A stretch of DNA of 64,000 nt, from positions 896,001 through 960,000 of the forward strand of contig CBDCXV010000011.1 of the NCBI GenBank assembly GCA_965223905.1. Reading direction: 5' to 3'. Below, in pieces: positions 8,786 to 19,066 of this stretch (its first letter is position 1; each line of letters opens with the position of its first letter). Origin of the DNA: Candidatus Latescibacterota bacterium. GTDB lineage: Bacteria; Latescibacterota; UBA2968; UBA8231. Made by a program: the position numbers and the translations under genes. The notes below the pieces were generated by a model, which saw only the letters and a list, made by a program, of their open reading frames with translations, was not told where the DNA came from and did not search any database.

Positions 8786-11700
8786 TTAGAGCCTGTTCTC
8801 CACGATCCAGTCGTGGTGCTGCTTGGCAAAGCTCACGACATCGACATTTTCGGGACTGTCTTTTCCCTTTTCCAGGATTTTCTGGTAGTTCTCTGCTGCC
8901 TCCGACCACCTCCGCATGATTTCGTAGGACAGTCCCAGGTTGCAATAGGCTGCCAGCTCGGTATAAGTCCCCGGGTACTTCTCAACGATCTTCTCGAAGC
9001 CGGCTATGGCTTTGTCGTACTCTTTCGCCTCAAAGAACTTCATCACCTCACCGTAATCCAAACTGGCCTGGATCTCCCTCAGTTCTGCCACCAGGGCTTC
9101 GGCCTTGGGAGCCTCTGGGGAATCGGGGTATTTTTCCACCAAACGATTATAGGCCTCCAGCGCTGGCTCATAGGAGCGGATATTGTAGTAGTAATCGCCA
9201 ACGGAAAACTGCGCCTTTGCTGCGAACTCGCTCTGGGAGTGATACTGCACCACATTTTTCATGGCTGTCACCCCCTCTTCCATCTTTTCCTGCTCAAAAT
9301 AAGCCCACGCCAAGGCGTACTGAGCCGATGCGCTGTAGGTCCCCTGCGGATACTGCCTCAGCGACTCCTCGTAGGCCTTGGCCGCCCGTTCAAAATCGCG
9401 CTCATTGTAGTAGTTCTCACCGATCAAAAACAGCACCTCTTCCTCGTAGATGGAATCGGGATAGCGCTGAGCGAGGACTTCGAAAGCTGCCGCCGCCTTT
9501 TTGAACCAAGTCAGTGCCTGGTAGCTGTGGGCCAGATAGTAGTGGCCGTGGATGCGATTGGGGTCCTGCGGAAACCGCTCGATGTAACCCTCGAAACCCT
9601 TGGCTGATACTTCGTAGTCTTCGGCGTTAAACAGGGCAAAGGAGCTGGAAAAAGCCAGATTGGCACTTTCGCCGGATTGGGGATACCTCTGCAGCCCGGT
9701 GGCAAAGATCGATGCCGCTTCCCGATACTGCTTTTCCTGCAGGAGGGAATTGCCGATGATGGAATAAGCCCGTTCCTTGCGGAAGTACCCGGCTTTGTCG
9801 TCGTCCTCAAATTTCAGGTCGAGCAATTTCTGGGCGTGGTGCATGGCCTGGGCAAAATCCTCCATATCGTAGTATAGTTCGGTCAGCAACATCTGAAAGG
9901 TAGCTGCTTCATGAGGATCGTCGCTGGCGGCGATGAGTTCCTCGTAGTAGCGGGTAGCTTCCTCCTGCAGGTCCAGGCGAATCATGGTGGCTCCCAGCGT
10001 GCGAAAGGCGCTATCCTTGAGGCGGGGCGCTGGATCGAGCTGCAACAATTCCTTCATATCCCTCAGGGTGGCCTCGTAGTTGACTCGAGCGCTAGCCGTA
10101 TCACCGGCCGCATCCTGCTGCTTGGCCACTTCGTAATAGGCGCTGCCGCGGGCCAGGAGTCCACTTTCGGCGATATCCGCCGGCGGCGACTTTTCGAGCG
10201 CCCAGTTGAATTCGCGGATCGATGCCTCGTAGTCGGCCTGAGCAAAATGCACTCTGGCTTTTATATAGTGAAACTGGCTCTGTAGTTCCTTTTCTTTTTT
10301 TTGTCCCAGAGCCTGGCGCAGGACGGCCTCGGCCTGGGCGTAATTTTGTTGGCCTATGTATAATTCGGCCAGGTCGACCTGTAACTGGGTCCACTGGTCA
10401 AAACCCGGTTCCACGGCTTCAAACGAGCCGATCGCCGCTTCTATATTCCCCAACCTCTTGTAAGTGAGCCCCAGCTCCATGTGGGCAACATTGCGCTGGT
10501 CCGAGTCGGGATACTGCTCCAGAAGGGACTGGTAGAGGATATTGGCTTCCTGGTAGTTGCCGATCCCGTACTCGATTCGGGCCACCTGCATCAGGGCAGA
10601 GGGTGCGGCCCCATGTTCCGGGTAGCGCTCCACCAGTTGCTGGTAAAAAGGCTTGGCCTCAGCATTCTGGTCTTTCAGTTGCAGCGAAAAAGCCATGCCG
10701 AAGAGCACATCTGGAACCAAGTCGTTGTCACTGTACTCGTCCAGTAACTGACGGTAGAGGGAAACGGCTTGGTCCAGCGCTGCAACCGATCCTGCGGGAT
10801 CCTGTTTGCGCACCTGCTGTCCGTAGGACTGGTAGGACTGGGCAATGCGGAACAGGGTCTTGTCGCGGGAGAATCCAATCCTGACCGCCACGTCACTATA
10901 GGCGTTGAGATAGATCCGATACTCCTCCGCCGCCTTATCGTACTTTTCTTCATCGTAGAGCAAACGGGCCACAGTGAGCTGGGTCCGGGCCTGGAAGAGC
11001 TTGTCGTCTTCGACCTTTTCAATAGCGTTCTTGTAGGCGGCAATAGCAGCCGCAGTACCGCGTTGCTGGTGGATTAGCTCGGCTCCGCGGATATAGGCGT
11101 TCTGCACCAGGACGGGCTCGGCCGCGTACTCCTCGATCACCACAGAATAGGCCGCGAGCGCCTTTTCTATCTCGCCCTTCCCGGCGTAGATATCCCCCTT
11201 CTTCAACTGCGCCTTGGCCACCAGCTCGCGGGTAGTCTCCTTGACCACCCCTTTGAGCTTGAGGGTGCTCATCTCGATGAGCTCCTCTTCAGACATCTGG
11301 GAGAAGTCATAGCGGGCGATCAGGCGATCGAGAAAATTCAGGGCCATGTCGTACTGATCGAGCCGCTCGTAGCAATCGGCGATCTGAAAGATGGACCGGT
11401 CTGCGCTCGACCCTCTGGGCGCCAGGGTCAGCACCTGCTCGAAGTTCTCGATGGCCACCGGGTAGCGCTCCAGCTCAAAGTAGGACCAGGCCATATCGTA
11501 GTAGACCGCGGTCTCGTACACGTTGTTGGGGAAATCGCGCAGCAGTTTTTTTCCTTCCTGAATGACCTGCAGGTAGTCCTTCAACTGGTAGTTGGTCGTC
11601 AATGTCTGGTACTGAGCCATCACCCGGGTGCGCTCTTCGATATTTTCGTCTTCGATGATCTGGTGGAAATACTCCAGGCTGTGGTTGAGATCCTCCAGGG

Positions 11701-12061
11701 CCTCCTCGTAGCGCTCCTGGGCTTCTCGTTCTCTCTTCTCTTTCTTCAAAAACTCGGACCGGCGCAGTTTTTCGAGCCCTAATTTGTTGTAGGTATTGCC
11801 CAACTGGTAGGTGGCCGCCACCCGCACGGGAGAAATGAACTCGTCGACATCTACGGTCACTTCCCCAACCTCGATCATGGCGTTGCTCTCGATGGAGAGG
11901 ATGGCCTCGTAGTGTTTGATAGCCTTCTCGTAATCGCCCAGGGCATAGAGTTTTTGGCCTTTGCCGAAATTATCTTGCAATTGCTCGGGCGAAAAAAAGC
12001 GAGTACTCAAGCCTATGGCCGTACCCATCGCCGCGATGATCAGCAGGTTCACGAACAGCAT
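8786..12061 (-). CDS. Very large tetratricopeptide-repeat protein with N-terminal membrane anchor (YbgF/BamD-like TPRs)
   Basis: 1091 aa; hydrophobic N-terminus; many TPR units ending in ..YPxS.. (e.g. YQQLVERYPEH, YNRLVEKYPDSPEA). Confidence 0.88.
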   Translation of the reverse strand: MLFVNLLIIAAMGTAIGLSTRFFSPEQLQDNFGKGQKLYALGDYEKAIKHYEAILSIESNAMIEVGEVTVDVDEFISPVRVAATYQLGNTYNKLGLEKLRRSEFLKKEKREREAQERYEEALEDLNHSLEYFHQIIEDENIEERTRVMAQYQTLTTNYQLKDYLQVIQEGKKLLRDFPNNVYETAVYYDMAWSYFELERYPVAIENFEQVLTLAPRGSSADRSIFQIADCYERLDQYDMALNFLDRLIARYDFSQMSEEELIEMSTLKLKGVVKETTRELVAKAQLKKGDIYAGKGEIEKALAAYSVVIEEYAAEPVLVQNAYIRGAELIHQQRGTAAAIAAYKNAIEKVEDDKLFQARTQLTVARLLYDEEKYDKAAEEYRIYLNAYSDVAVRIGFSRDKTLFRIAQSYQSYGQQVRKQDPAGSVAALDQAVSLYRQLLDEYSDNDLVPDVLFGMAFSLQLKDQNAEAKPFYQQLVERYPEHGAAPSALMQVARIEYGIGNYQEANILYQSLLEQYPDSDQRNVAHMELGLTYKRLGNIEAAIGSFEAVEPGFDQWTQLQVDLAELYIGQQNYAQAEAVLRQALGQKKEKELQSQFHYIKARVHFAQADYEASIREFNWALEKSPPADIAESGLLARGSAYYEVAKQQDAAGDTASARVNYEATLRDMKELLQLDPAPRLKDSAFRTLGATMIRLDLQEEATRYYEELIAASDDPHEAATFQMLLTELYYDMEDFAQAMHHAQKLLDLKFEDDDKAGYFRKERAYSIIGNSLLQEKQYREAASIFATGLQRYPQSGESANLAFSSSFALFNAEDYEVSAKGFEGYIERFPQDPNRIHGHYYLAHSYQALTWFKKAAAAFEVLAQRYPDSIYEEEVLFLIGENYYNERDFERAAKAYEESLRQYPQGTYSASAQYALAWAYFEQEKMEEGVTAMKNVVQYHSQSEFAAKAQFSVGDYYYNIRSYEPALEAYNRLVEKYPDSPEAPKAEALVAELREIQASLDYGEVMKFFEAKEYDKAIAGFEKIVEKYPGTYTELAAYCNLGLSYEIMRRWSEAAENYQKILEKGKDSPENVDVVSFAKQHHDWIVENRL

Positions 12062-12092
12062 TTTTTGGTCTCCGTCACCTGATGGGTGGTAC

Positions 12093-15002
12093 CTAGAACC
12101 CAGCTATGATATCGAAGAAGAGAGCGGACGTGTCGAAGTCGTCTCCAGATCGCGACTCGTCGTCGTATTCCCTTGAAACCGTTAAAACGCCGAACTGAGA
12201 GGCCAGGTTGTAGCCGTAGTGGTCGGATTGATTGCTCACCATAAGCACCAGGTTCCACTCTTTGTAACCCTCGAGTTTGTCCGCCCGGTCCAACTTGCGA
12301 TAACGCCAGAATGGAAAGCCTTGAAAACCCAGTTGCAGGTTTGTTCTGGACGTCAGGTCGTAGCGGGTCCGCACCAAGGGCGTGTAGATCGAAAAGGACT
12401 CTTTGCTGCCCTTGCCGGTCTCCTCTTTTAGCTGGTCGGAGTGCTCCCGCAACAAGAGATGTTTGAACATGGGACGGACGGTCAGATTGCCGGCCCGCAG
12501 GGTATAGTCCACCTTGTTCACCAGGGTTATATGCGACAGGATATTGTCCTCCTGGGCCGTCCCATCGCCAAAATCCTCTTTTTGCTGGCTGTTGCGGATC
12601 CACTTGATGCTGTTGATGAGATTGAGACCCGTTATCTTTTTGTAATGGGACTGGAGGAACAGGGTATTGACCACACTCTTTCTCATGGTCAGCGGATCCC
12701 GATCCGGTGGCAGGATCTGGGTATTGAGATCCCGCTGGTCCATGAATTTGCCCGTCAAATGGGGGACCGGACTTTCGATCCGCAAGGTTGGTCCCACATT
12801 CCTCCAGATGTAGACAGGGTCGGGGATGCTGTCCTCGACCCATTTGATATCGTCGTTGATGCGGATTTTCCCGAAGAGAGGAAGAACGCGGTTGTACTCG
12901 TAGCGCAGGTAGTTTGCATTGGCCTCACCGCCGCCGGCCGGACTCTTCATGCGGTACGCGCCCACCGAGATCCATTCGCCAATGCGGCCGAGCCCGTCCT
13001 TGAGGACAAGGGCGTGCCACCCCTTGCGATCCCGGCGGTAGGGGTAGTCCGGCAAGGCGTCGTTCTCGCGGAAATCCACCACCCCATTGTTGTTGAAGTC
13101 GAGGCCGTAGATAAATTCCGGGGGCTCGGCGTCGTAGAAGAGGATGGGCTCTTGCCAGTCGGGAAGGCCATTGATGTTCTGATCGCTGTCCGGTACCAGA
13201 TCCTGGTTTTCGTCGAGCCCCGGAAAAATACCCGAGTCCCTCCGCTCCTGACTGGGGTTTTCATTGGTGTCCTCATCGCGCCACTGATCGTTGTCGTCGT
13301 TGTCCGCCATGACGAACATCTCCTGCATCACGGGACAAATCTGGCAGTCGTCGGAAAAGAAGGGAATTCCCCCGCGGGTACTATCGTAGTTGCCGCTGAA
13401 GTCGGGGTCGAGCTCGAAGACTTCGGCGCCCAGAGCCACCGGTCCCAGAGCCTTTTTTGCCGTGAGGAAATAAGCCCATCTGCGCTTGGAAAAACGATCG
13501 CCGGCATTACTGCCCACAGGGAAAATGAAGTACTGCGGGTTGGTGGCGAATTCTCCCCTTATGGTCAGATCTTTCAGGGTGATTTCGCCGTCGAGCCCGT
13601 AGAGCTCCTGGCCGGTGGGAATGCCGTAATTGATTTCGACAACCGTTCTGGCGGCGTCATTGCCCTTGGAGCGCAAGACCGTATAATGGACGTTTGCCGG
13701 ATCATCCCCCTGGTCCCACTTGTACTGCAGGAACGGATTGGTGGTGCCGACGAGGGGATCGGGAGCCGTGGGCCAGCGCTTGAAAATGTCTTCCCCAGCT
13801 TCCCGGGCCTCGATCGGGCTTAGCAACGCCCCATCCCCCTGGAGACCGGTGAAGGGATTGACGTATCTACTATCTCCTGGAGAGTACTCTTTGTCCACGT
13901 TTTTTTCGTGGACTCCCTCGTCGAAAAAGAGGTGGTCTTGCTTCACGCTAATGCGGTAATCTCCAGCCACATCGACCCTGAAGCGGGTCGATGTAATGGT
14001 CAAACCCGCAAGGGACTCATCCGGGTCGCTGGCATAATTCCCGGCGGGGGGCAGGGCGTACCCGGGCATCCGGAACTCAAAGAGCACCCGCTCTCCCCGC
14101 CCTGCTGCTTGGCGTCCTCCACCGGCAACGGACCTTCCTACCACACTCGGTCTCAGGCTCGGATCGAAGTCCGGATCTCCTTCGATGCTGGTCAGGCGCA
14201 CAGGCTCCCCCATGCGCTCCCCGACGATGATGATGTCCACACCGTAAACCGTAGCCGGGGTGCTCTCCACCTCCGGTGAGTCGTCTTCGATGACCACGGT
14301 GATATAGGAGGGCGGCAGCATACTGTAGGGCGTGTCCCCCTTGATAAAAGACCCCTTCTCATTGAAGGTGTCCGCCATGTGCTGATTGAAATAGGTAGTT
14401 CCCAACCTCAGGACACTGCCCACCTTGGTCTCCCAGTGACCTCCGAATATCAGGACTGGGGACCGCTCTTTGGTGGACTGGAAGGTGGAGAACTTAGGGT
14501 TCCTCAACTGGGCACCCCCCTGACTCAGGAGCAGAGTGAACCTGTTGTCCGGAGAAGCCCCGTCGAACTGGATGCCGAAGAAACGGGGATCTTTGAAGGT
14601 CAGATCCGTGAACTTGCTGCGGATATCTTCTCCCAGGGTTACAGCGTAGTTCCAGCCGCGGTAGGAATCGGAGAGAATCATCAGGTTGTTGAACCACCCC
14701 AAGTACTGTGCGGTTCGGGAATTGATCTCACTGAATCCGGGACGCTCGAACTCCCAAGTGAATACCCTGTATCCCCGCACCAGAAAATTGCCCAGTCGAT
14801 CGTAGCGGTTGCGTGCCGAAACCACCGTAGGGTATGGATCGTACTCCTTGCGTCCATAGTTCAGGTACGGCTCGGGCTGGCCCAGATTGAGGAAATCCCG
14901 GCTGCGCAAAAAAGTCTGGGCTTCGCCATTCCCACTCAAGCCCCCCCAACACAGCAGAGCCGTAAGCAAGGCCAGTACCGGGGTTTTTTTCTCGCATTTC
15001 AT
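12093..15002 (-). CDS. Large exported hypothetical protein B (putative outer-membrane beta-barrel with Ca-binding-like insert)
   Basis: Probable ATG at 15002 with a GAGGA RBS; Sec signal (MKCEKK..GEA); Asp-rich DxDxD-like motifs; C-terminal strand FFDIIAGF; paralog of 19067..22006. Confidence 0.7.
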   Translation of the reverse strand: MKCEKKTPVLALLTALLCWGGLSGNGEAQTFLRSRDFLNLGQPEPYLNYGRKEYDPYPTVVSARNRYDRLGNFLVRGYRVFTWEFERPGFSEINSRTAQYLGWFNNLMILSDSYRGWNYAVTLGEDIRSKFTDLTFKDPRFFGIQFDGASPDNRFTLLLSQGGAQLRNPKFSTFQSTKERSPVLIFGGHWETKVGSVLRLGTTYFNQHMADTFNEKGSFIKGDTPYSMLPPSYITVVIEDDSPEVESTPATVYGVDIIIVGERMGEPVRLTSIEGDPDFDPSLRPSVVGRSVAGGGRQAAGRGERVLFEFRMPGYALPPAGNYASDPDESLAGLTITSTRFRVDVAGDYRISVKQDHLFFDEGVHEKNVDKEYSPGDSRYVNPFTGLQGDGALLSPIEAREAGEDIFKRWPTAPDPLVGTTNPFLQYKWDQGDDPANVHYTVLRSKGNDAARTVVEINYGIPTGQELYGLDGEITLKDLTIRGEFATNPQYFIFPVGSNAGDRFSKRRWAYFLTAKKALGPVALGAEVFELDPDFSGNYDSTRGGIPFFSDDCQICPVMQEMFVMADNDDNDQWRDEDTNENPSQERRDSGIFPGLDENQDLVPDSDQNINGLPDWQEPILFYDAEPPEFIYGLDFNNNGVVDFRENDALPDYPYRRDRKGWHALVLKDGLGRIGEWISVGAYRMKSPAGGGEANANYLRYEYNRVLPLFGKIRINDDIKWVEDSIPDPVYIWRNVGPTLRIESPVPHLTGKFMDQRDLNTQILPPDRDPLTMRKSVVNTLFLQSHYKKITGLNLINSIKWIRNSQQKEDFGDGTAQEDNILSHITLVNKVDYTLRAGNLTVRPMFKHLLLREHSDQLKEETGKGSKESFSIYTPLVRTRYDLTSRTNLQLGFQGFPFWRYRKLDRADKLEGYKEWNLVLMVSNQSDHYGYNLASQFGVLTVSREYDDESRSGDDFDTSALFFDIIAGF

Positions 15003-15073
15003 AATCGACATCCTCACCATGTGCAGTCTGATTAAACCAACTTTTTCTAGTGCGGCAAAGCTCTCCCTGCGGA

Positions 15074-15958
15074 TCAATGGGCGCGGTATGCGAATCCTGA
15101 CTGGTGAATGCCCCCCAGCCCGGTCGAGTGCAGGGGATAAGTATAGGCGTAGTCAAAATACCACAGTTTCCACCTGAACCCCAGACCCAGATCCACTTCC
15201 TTGGCCTCCCGGTCTGAGGAGAGCAAACGGCCACCCAGCCGCAAGGCAACCCCGCGCGCCCGGGAAGAAAGGGGGGTCTCATAACCGGCCCGCACCTCGG
15301 TGCGCCCCCCGCGCCGTTCGATATCGACCAGGACCTGCCGTCGATCCAGATTGACGCTGGCAGCCAGGACCACCCCTCTCGGGGTTTTGCCCGCCGGATG
15401 TCCGCTGGCGGCGATATTGGCGCGGTTGATATTGGTCAACATTAACCCCAGGCGCATATAGACCAGACGGTGAATCCAGCCCACTTTGTAGATCCCTCCC
15501 AGATCCGCGCTCCAGGCCCGATTCGACAATCCGCTGGTTTTCCAGCCGCTGTAGCGCAGGCTACTGCCCAAGGCCAAGCGCTGGTGCAAGACCCTTCCAT
15601 ACCCCACAATCCCCACCTGTTCGCGCCAATCTTCAACCCCCAGGCTCGACCACCCCAGCTGCAGGCTTCCACCGCCCATCGGCAGCACTGCTCCCAGTAC
15701 ATTCAGGCTCGGGCTTTCGTCCAATCCGGAATAGAGCTGAGCGTGAGCCGTGCCCACCCGGTATTTCTGGGCCCAGGCATTGGCGGCTGGATTGAACCAG
15801 ATGGCCTCCGCATCCACCCCGGCAGTAAATGCCGCCCCCATGCCCGAACTCCGGGCTCCCCCACCGGTGATTTCGAAAGCCGGATACGCCGGCCAGGCCA
15901 GGGCCATCAGCAACCAGCTAATACGCCACAACCAGTGTACCTGTGCGGCTGGTAGCAT
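15074..15958 (-). CDS. PorV/PorP/FadL-like outer-membrane beta-barrel protein
   Basis: Motif GGGARSSGMGAAF..AIWFNPA typical of PorV/PorP/FadL-type barrels; amphipathic strands; C-terminal FDYAY..LGGIHQSGFAYR. The true start may be ~15909. Confidence 0.7.
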   Translation of the reverse strand: MLPAAQVHWLWRISWLLMALAWPAYPAFEITGGGARSSGMGAAFTAGVDAEAIWFNPAANAWAQKYRVGTAHAQLYSGLDESPSLNVLGAVLPMGGGSLQLGWSSLGVEDWREQVGIVGYGRVLHQRLALGSSLRYSGWKTSGLSNRAWSADLGGIYKVGWIHRLVYMRLGLMLTNINRANIAASGHPAGKTPRGVVLAASVNLDRRQVLVDIERRGGRTEVRAGYETPLSSRARGVALRLGGRLLSSDREAKEVDLGLGFRWKLWYFDYAYTYPLHSTGLGGIHQSGFAYRAH

Positions 15959-17597
15959 CGGCCCCGGCTCCCACCCGGATTTCGTAAAGGTAGAGCCCCG
16001 GATTCACGATCCGTCCATCCCGGTCGCGTCCGTCCCACTCAAAGTGATAGGCGCGGGCGCTCCCTTCCTGGCCCAAATGCCGCACCCGCTCGCCATCGAG
16101 GGTAAAGAGCCGCAGCACGACCCCTGTAACCTCCCGGATATTACCCACCACAAAGCGAAAATCCATGGTTTCTCGTTCCAGAGGAGAAAAAGGCCTCGGC
16201 TCGACCTTTACTTCGCTCAGCAGGCTAGGCGGTTCCCCCACAGCCAGGACGACCGAAGCCGCACCGGGTGCTTCCCGGCTGTTTTGCCAGTTCACGTACC
16301 CGTCCTGTCCCTCCTGTTCGCGGCAGCCTACCTGTAGTTCCACCCGGGTCCGATCTTGTAAAAACAGCGCCCTGCCGAAAATTTCCAGCCTGCCCGAATC
16401 CACGATGCGCTCGGCGGCGGCCAATTCGAAGAAGGTGCGCTCCTCGGTGGGGATACTGCGCCAGCGAAAACCCTGTTCCAGATTCTCGTCGTAGACCAGA
16501 ATCCTGCCGTTGTAGCGCAATTCGTCGACGGTCAGGGCTATGCCCTCCAGCCGCATCAGGTCAATGCCGTAATTCCCAGGTTCAAGTTCGAGCGCAGCCG
16601 TGTAAGTCAGGGTTGTCGGCTCCCCTTTTTGCGCTGTTTCCGGCGCCACTTCCCCCAGGATCTGCCGGGCTACCAGCACGGGATCGTAGTCCACCTCCAG
16701 GCGCTGGAGGAACGGCGTGTTGAAGGGCGCCCCGGTCTGCAATATTGCCTGGTACTGAAAGCGCCGGACCGGCTCGGCTCCGGCAAAGAGCTGCTCCCCC
16801 TCTCTATAGCTTTCCAGTTCCTCCCACTCCGGCAGATCGCGCTCTTCCTCCGCGCCCCGGAACTGCATTTGCACCTGGGTCTGAGGAGGGGTCTGGACCT
16901 GCCAGCGGATCCGCCCCGGGTTCACCGACTCGGGGCTGGTCCATGCGCCCGCGATCCGCCCTTTCTCGGCAAATCCCGTCCCGAACACCTCGATCTCCCC
17001 CAGGGCCACCCAGTTGCTGCGATCCTGGCGAATCAAGGTCAGGCGCACAAACCGTCCCAGCCGCGAAAGGGATTTACCTGTTGCGTCCAGGACCGACCAG
17101 GTCGAGTCGGCGCGGGTGTCTATATCCAGTAGGAAATTCTCCGCCTGTTCGGCAAGGAGCCGCCAGGTGTTTGGACTGTTCTGGGTCGCCGTCTCGATCC
17201 GGTAGCCGCGCACAAAGTACTCGGTCTGCAGTTGCGCCGACTCCCCGGCCAGAATCCGCACCCGGGTGATGGCTCTGTCCAGGCCCAGGTCCACAGTGAA
17301 GTTTCGCCCGAACACGTGGGGTGTGCCCGAAAGCCACTCGCTCCGTCCTATTTCGATGCTGCCGTCGGTCAACGGCACCTCCCTGTCCAACTCATTCACT
17401 GTCAAACGTCCCAGCGCCAGATTTTGGTCCCCGTCCAGGAAATTTAGGATCACCAGACTATCGGGATGCACCTGCACGTTCTCCAGATCGGCCAGTCCAA
17501 AGTCCTCTACCTTCCCGGCGGTCCAGCGGCGCAATTCTCCTTCAACGGGACTCCATTTCCCCCCCAGAATCATCAGACAGAGACCGATCAAGAGCAC
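15918..17597 (-). CDS. Secreted protein with discoidin/F5-8-like domain and C-terminal FlgD-Ig / T9SS-CTD-like domain
   Basis: Signal peptide; FTVDLG..GRFVRL..LGEIEVFG (discoidin-like); C-terminus VEPRPFSP..LFTLDGERVR..WDGRDRDG..PGLYLYEI..TLVVAY. Confidence 0.75.
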   Translation of the reverse strand: MLLIGLCLMILGGKWSPVEGELRRWTAGKVEDFGLADLENVQVHPDSLVILNFLDGDQNLALGRLTVNELDREVPLTDGSIEIGRSEWLSGTPHVFGRNFTVDLGLDRAITRVRILAGESAQLQTEYFVRGYRIETATQNSPNTWRLLAEQAENFLLDIDTRADSTWSVLDATGKSLSRLGRFVRLTLIRQDRSNWVALGEIEVFGTGFAEKGRIAGAWTSPESVNPGRIRWQVQTPPQTQVQMQFRGAEEERDLPEWEELESYREGEQLFAGAEPVRRFQYQAILQTGAPFNTPFLQRLEVDYDPVLVARQILGEVAPETAQKGEPTTLTYTAALELEPGNYGIDLMRLEGIALTVDELRYNGRILVYDENLEQGFRWRSIPTEERTFFELAAAERIVDSGRLEIFGRALFLQDRTRVELQVGCREQEGQDGYVNWQNSREAPGAASVVLAVGEPPSLLSEVKVEPRPFSPLERETMDFRFVVGNIREVTGVVLRLFTLDGERVRHLGQEGSARAYHFEWDGRDRDGRIVNPGLYLYEIRVGAGADATSRTGTLVVAY

Positions 17598-17598
17598 C

Positions 17599-18261
17599 TT
17601 AAAACAGGATCTTCTGGGTCAGGTAGGTAACCACGGCTACGGCCATGGCCTCTTCCAGTTCTTTGGAGTTGAAAATCATCTCCATGCCCACCTGCAGCGG
17701 TTGCCTTTTCAAGCTCTTGCCACTTTTGAGGTCCTTGATTTCAACCTCTACCTCTATTTTGTTGGTCTTGCGCGAAAACTTCTTCTCGACCCTCTGACTT
17801 CGGAGAAGGGCCTTGCCGGTGATTTCCAGCTGCGCCTCTGCGGACCCGGCCAGGACCAGTTCAAATGGATTGTCGACCAGTCGCACATCCTCCAGGTCCT
17901 CTACCTTGTCCAACGCCACCAAGACCCGCACCTGCTCGCGGCGCAATTCGCGCAATACCGATCCGGACAGATCTTCGATGCGCGAGGGGCGGGAGATCGT
18001 GACCAGCTCGTTGCCCACCTGGGCCAGGGTATTGGTAACAGCCGTACCCGCGTTGGGATCGCCGCCCCCTATCGACGCCCGCGGATCAATGACGCTGGCC
18101 TTGCTCTCTACCTGGAACTCCTTGATGTAGATCTTGATGGGCTCTTTCGGGGGGTTGGCGAGGCTGGTACCCTTCAGCATTTCGTACTTCAGGCCCCCAC
18201 AACCGCCTAGGACGAGCCCTGCCAGCAGCCCCAGCCCCAGGCTCTTCAGCGCCCTTTCCAT
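17599..18261 (-). CDS. Hypothetical lipoprotein
   Basis: Lipobox LVLGGC; abuts both neighbours (0-1 bp gaps). Confidence 0.75.
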   Translation of the reverse strand: MERALKSLGLGLLAGLVLGGCGGLKYEMLKGTSLANPPKEPIKIYIKEFQVESKASVIDPRASIGGGDPNAGTAVTNTLAQVGNELVTISRPSRIEDLSGSVLRELRREQVRVLVALDKVEDLEDVRLVDNPFELVLAGSAEAQLEITGKALLRSQRVEKKFSRKTNKIEVEVEIKDLKSGKSLKRQPLQVGMEMIFNSKELEEAMAVAVVTYLTQKILF

Positions 18262-19059
18262 CTACTCTTTCTCCATTGGCTTCACACCTTGGACCACATT
18301 GAAGTGGAAGGCCAGATCGGTCCATTCCACGGGATTGCCATACCCCACCTCATACCGGTCGAAGGCCAGGATGAAGTTGTTGATCTCCAGGGTAAAGGAC
18401 TTGCTCTCCGGCGGCAGCGGCGGAAAGGTCAGCTTGCCGGAGTACTTGGAGCCCTTGCGCACTGGTTTTTCCCGGAGGTATTCGCTCTTGCGCCAGATAT
18501 CGTTTCTGTCGTATTGAGCGTGGTAGTTGACCGCGCCGGCGTGGCTGCCCCACTTCAGGTAGCTGTAGTCGAAAAAATGGGGATAATCCTGCCATAACCC
18601 CTCGTTTCCCGGCCCCTTTCCCCCGGAACTGGGGACCGAACCTGTTTTTTGTCGGCAGTAGTAGAAGTTGCCATTGTCCAGGCGCAGAATCGCCTGGGTC
18701 GGATCCAGTTCAACCCGCTCCCGGGTGCGATTGATCAGGGTTATATCAAAAACCGTCCACAGCGGCGGGGCGTAGCCCAACTCGGGGTGGGTCCAGCCGG
18801 TCAGGGTATAGGGGCTGTAGCGCGGATCGTACTCGGCGTCCAGCATCTCGTCGTTGTAAAACTTGACCTTGACCTGTACTCCTTCCAGGCTCCACACCAG
18901 CGAACTGTCGACTGGATCGACATAGTAGGCATCAGACTCGGACAGAACCGGATCAGCCTCGACGTAGTACTGCAAACCGGGCGGAAAGGTCAGACTGCAT
19001 CCCCCCAGCCACAGCAGCGAGACGACGCATCCGAGCATCGATGTTCTGGTCCATTCCAT
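18262..19059 (-). CDS. Hypothetical lipoprotein, paralog of 5132..5905
   Basis: ATG at 19059 just after the upstream stop; lipobox LGGC; colinear similarity to the 5132 protein. Confidence 0.75.
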   Translation of the reverse strand: MEWTRTSMLGCVVSLLWLGGCSLTFPPGLQYYVEADPVLSESDAYYVDPVDSSLVWSLEGVQVKVKFYNDEMLDAEYDPRYSPYTLTGWTHPELGYAPPLWTVFDITLINRTRERVELDPTQAILRLDNGNFYYCRQKTGSVPSSGGKGPGNEGLWQDYPHFFDYSYLKWGSHAGAVNYHAQYDRNDIWRKSEYLREKPVRKGSKYSGKLTFPPLPPESKSFTLEINNFILAFDRYEVGYGNPVEWTDLAFHFNVVQGVKPMEKE

Positions 19060-19066
19060 ACGCTTT

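Noticed and set aside
5951-12061. Canonical Tol-Pal or Ton operon
   Set aside because: No TolA, TolB, Pal, TonB-C domain or TBDR plug/barrel motifs were recognised in the locus.
12441-13823. Long plus-strand ORFs opposite the large OM genes (also 19262..20215 and 21881..23155)
   Set aside because: Antisense shadows typical of GC-rich coding DNA; no motifs.
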